DNA of 64,000 bases from Marsupella aquatica (lineage: Eukaryota > Plantae > Marchantiophyta). A program made the position numbers and the translations under genes. The DNA is taken from positions 24,313,971-24,377,970 of the forward strand of contig OZ316892.1 in the NCBI GenBank assembly GCA_973895155.1. Direction: 5' to 3'. The notes beneath the pieces were generated by a model, which was given only the letters and a program-made list of their open reading frames with translations, was not told the DNA's origin and ran no database searches. Below, one piece after another: positions 62,623 to 64,000 of the stretch (positions within the stretch are counted from its first letter, which is position 1; every line of letters starts with the position of its first letter).

Positions 62623-64000
62623 CTAGCTTCGACTATCAACGACTACAGTCTCCATTGCATTTTGAATGATTTGTCTTGTTTGTATAGGGAGAGTACTATT
62701 TGCCAATAACACAAAGTTATACGCATAAACGACAGTTTCTGCTAGGGACAATTCATCCTCCAGTACTTTGCTAGGCGAAGCCTCTTTCTCCGGATAATAT
62801 CTGCCTTCAATCACAGACTCTTCCTCCGAATCCATTGCATACCAAGTGATTTTAATCCGCTCCGGGATGTCGTTAATTCTTGTGAGAATCTCAGTCACTT
62901 TTGCCATCCAGAATGGTCTTCCCTTGGGATCCTGATGGGCTGCTACACATATCATTGCAAATTTAGTATTCACCTCTAGATCCTTGAAGTCTCCAATTTC
63001 CGTGACTTTTCTTCGACTTCCGGAATACATGACTATCCTCACACCCGCTACTTTATCAACCAAGCTAGGTTCCATTGCTGCTTCCGTAGGATTACTCGAA
63101 AGTTCTCTCTGTACGTTTACCTTGGGCCAACTCCAATCAAAACTCCTGTGCAGGTTTCAGGTGGTGCTGAATCACTTCTTTTTGTTTGTCAAAAAAACGA
63201 CCCCACCATAGACGATCTTCGTCATCAAAGTAATTGAATCCATCTTCAATTGCTCTTCGATATTTTTGAAGAGTTGACAAATAACTTTGAGCCGCCCGCT
63301 CATCTTGTTCCTCAGCATCATTCTCTTGCTCTTCATTGTCTCCTGTCGCTCCCGTGGCCGACTTCAATGCCATTTGTGGTGCGATCCACATTCCAGATGA
63401 TGGAATGTACCGAACAAAATCCACCGTCTTCCCCCAATCGGTTGTCGTTGAAAGATGTTTGGCATGGAATACGGACCGAGCACTTCCATCTTCGAGTACT
63501 CTAGTAATCCGAAATTGTTTTTGAGCACTTATGCCGTGGAGAGTACGTAGAACCTGACCATCCATATCCTTGTCATTTGCTTGATCCTTGTCTGACACAA
63601 ATTTCTTGAAATTGGCAACCTCGTCGACGAAAAATATCTTTGCCGTAGGACTGTAGGATTCTTCTATGATTGCTGAAAGAGTGTCCAACCGGAAAGCTTT
63701 TCGCTTGTTCAATTTTAAAGAAAACTTGCTAAACATTTGATCAATTTGATCATGGGTGTGCCCCACCAATAGGAAACCAACCTTTATTTTCTGGAAAACA
63801 CCTATCTCCACCAACATATTCAAATATGCCATAAGATATTTATTCTTGTTTTCCCCTGCTGTGTTATCAAGCTGGAGGTAAAGCACTGGAGGGAGCAGAC
63901 CTTCCCAGGTATTCAGAATATGCTGGATAACGTGGATGGTCAGGTTGCTATCATTGTGAATATTTGGATAGTTCAAAAAAACATTTGAACTTAATTGTTT
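62623..64000 (-). CDS. DUF7869/Sola1-like RNase H-fold transposase, C-terminal part (runs off the window), with C-terminal BAH/SH3-like domain; +1 shifts in T-runs
   Basis: LYLQLDNTAGENKN...FLLVGHTHDQIDQMFS motifs. Removing one T at ~63140 fuses it to 62623-63075 (EFDWSWPK...PFWMAKVTEI...IKITWY). Confidence 0.75.

Overview
This is eukaryotic nuclear DNA, most likely from a bryophyte or other non-seed land plant. That is an inference from GT-AG introns, TTTAGGG/telobox motifs, a miR529 hairpin, a plant-type cob NUMT and the transposon spectrum. The window is mostly nested transposon sequence around one clear host locus, MIR529 (~31.0-31.1 kb, minus strand). The right third holds three nested cargo-bearing DNA transposon units. 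(1) An En/Spm (CACTA)-like element (~45.85-51.83 kb) with TnpA-like and TnpD genes, a captured SET-domain gene, and ACGACGTT-type motif arrays confined to non-coding DNA. (2) A P-element-like DDE transposase pseudogene (52.4-57 kb) whose flanking end (GGGGGTCTCACTATATGGAGG) is shared with five MITEs in the window. (3) A CpG-rich module (57.5-64 kb) with an F-box gene, a Cys/His-rich gene (paralogue at 330-1079), a ParB/Srx-domain plus beta-class amino-DNA-methyltransferase gene, and a DUF7869/Sola1-like transposase. That module carries repeated 14-bp CGATAAATTTATCG palindromes in its non-coding DNA and is the best candidate for an undescribed system: a transposon-borne ParB/parS-like targeted DNA amino-methylation unit. 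All family calls come from motif recognition by eye; no database searches were run.
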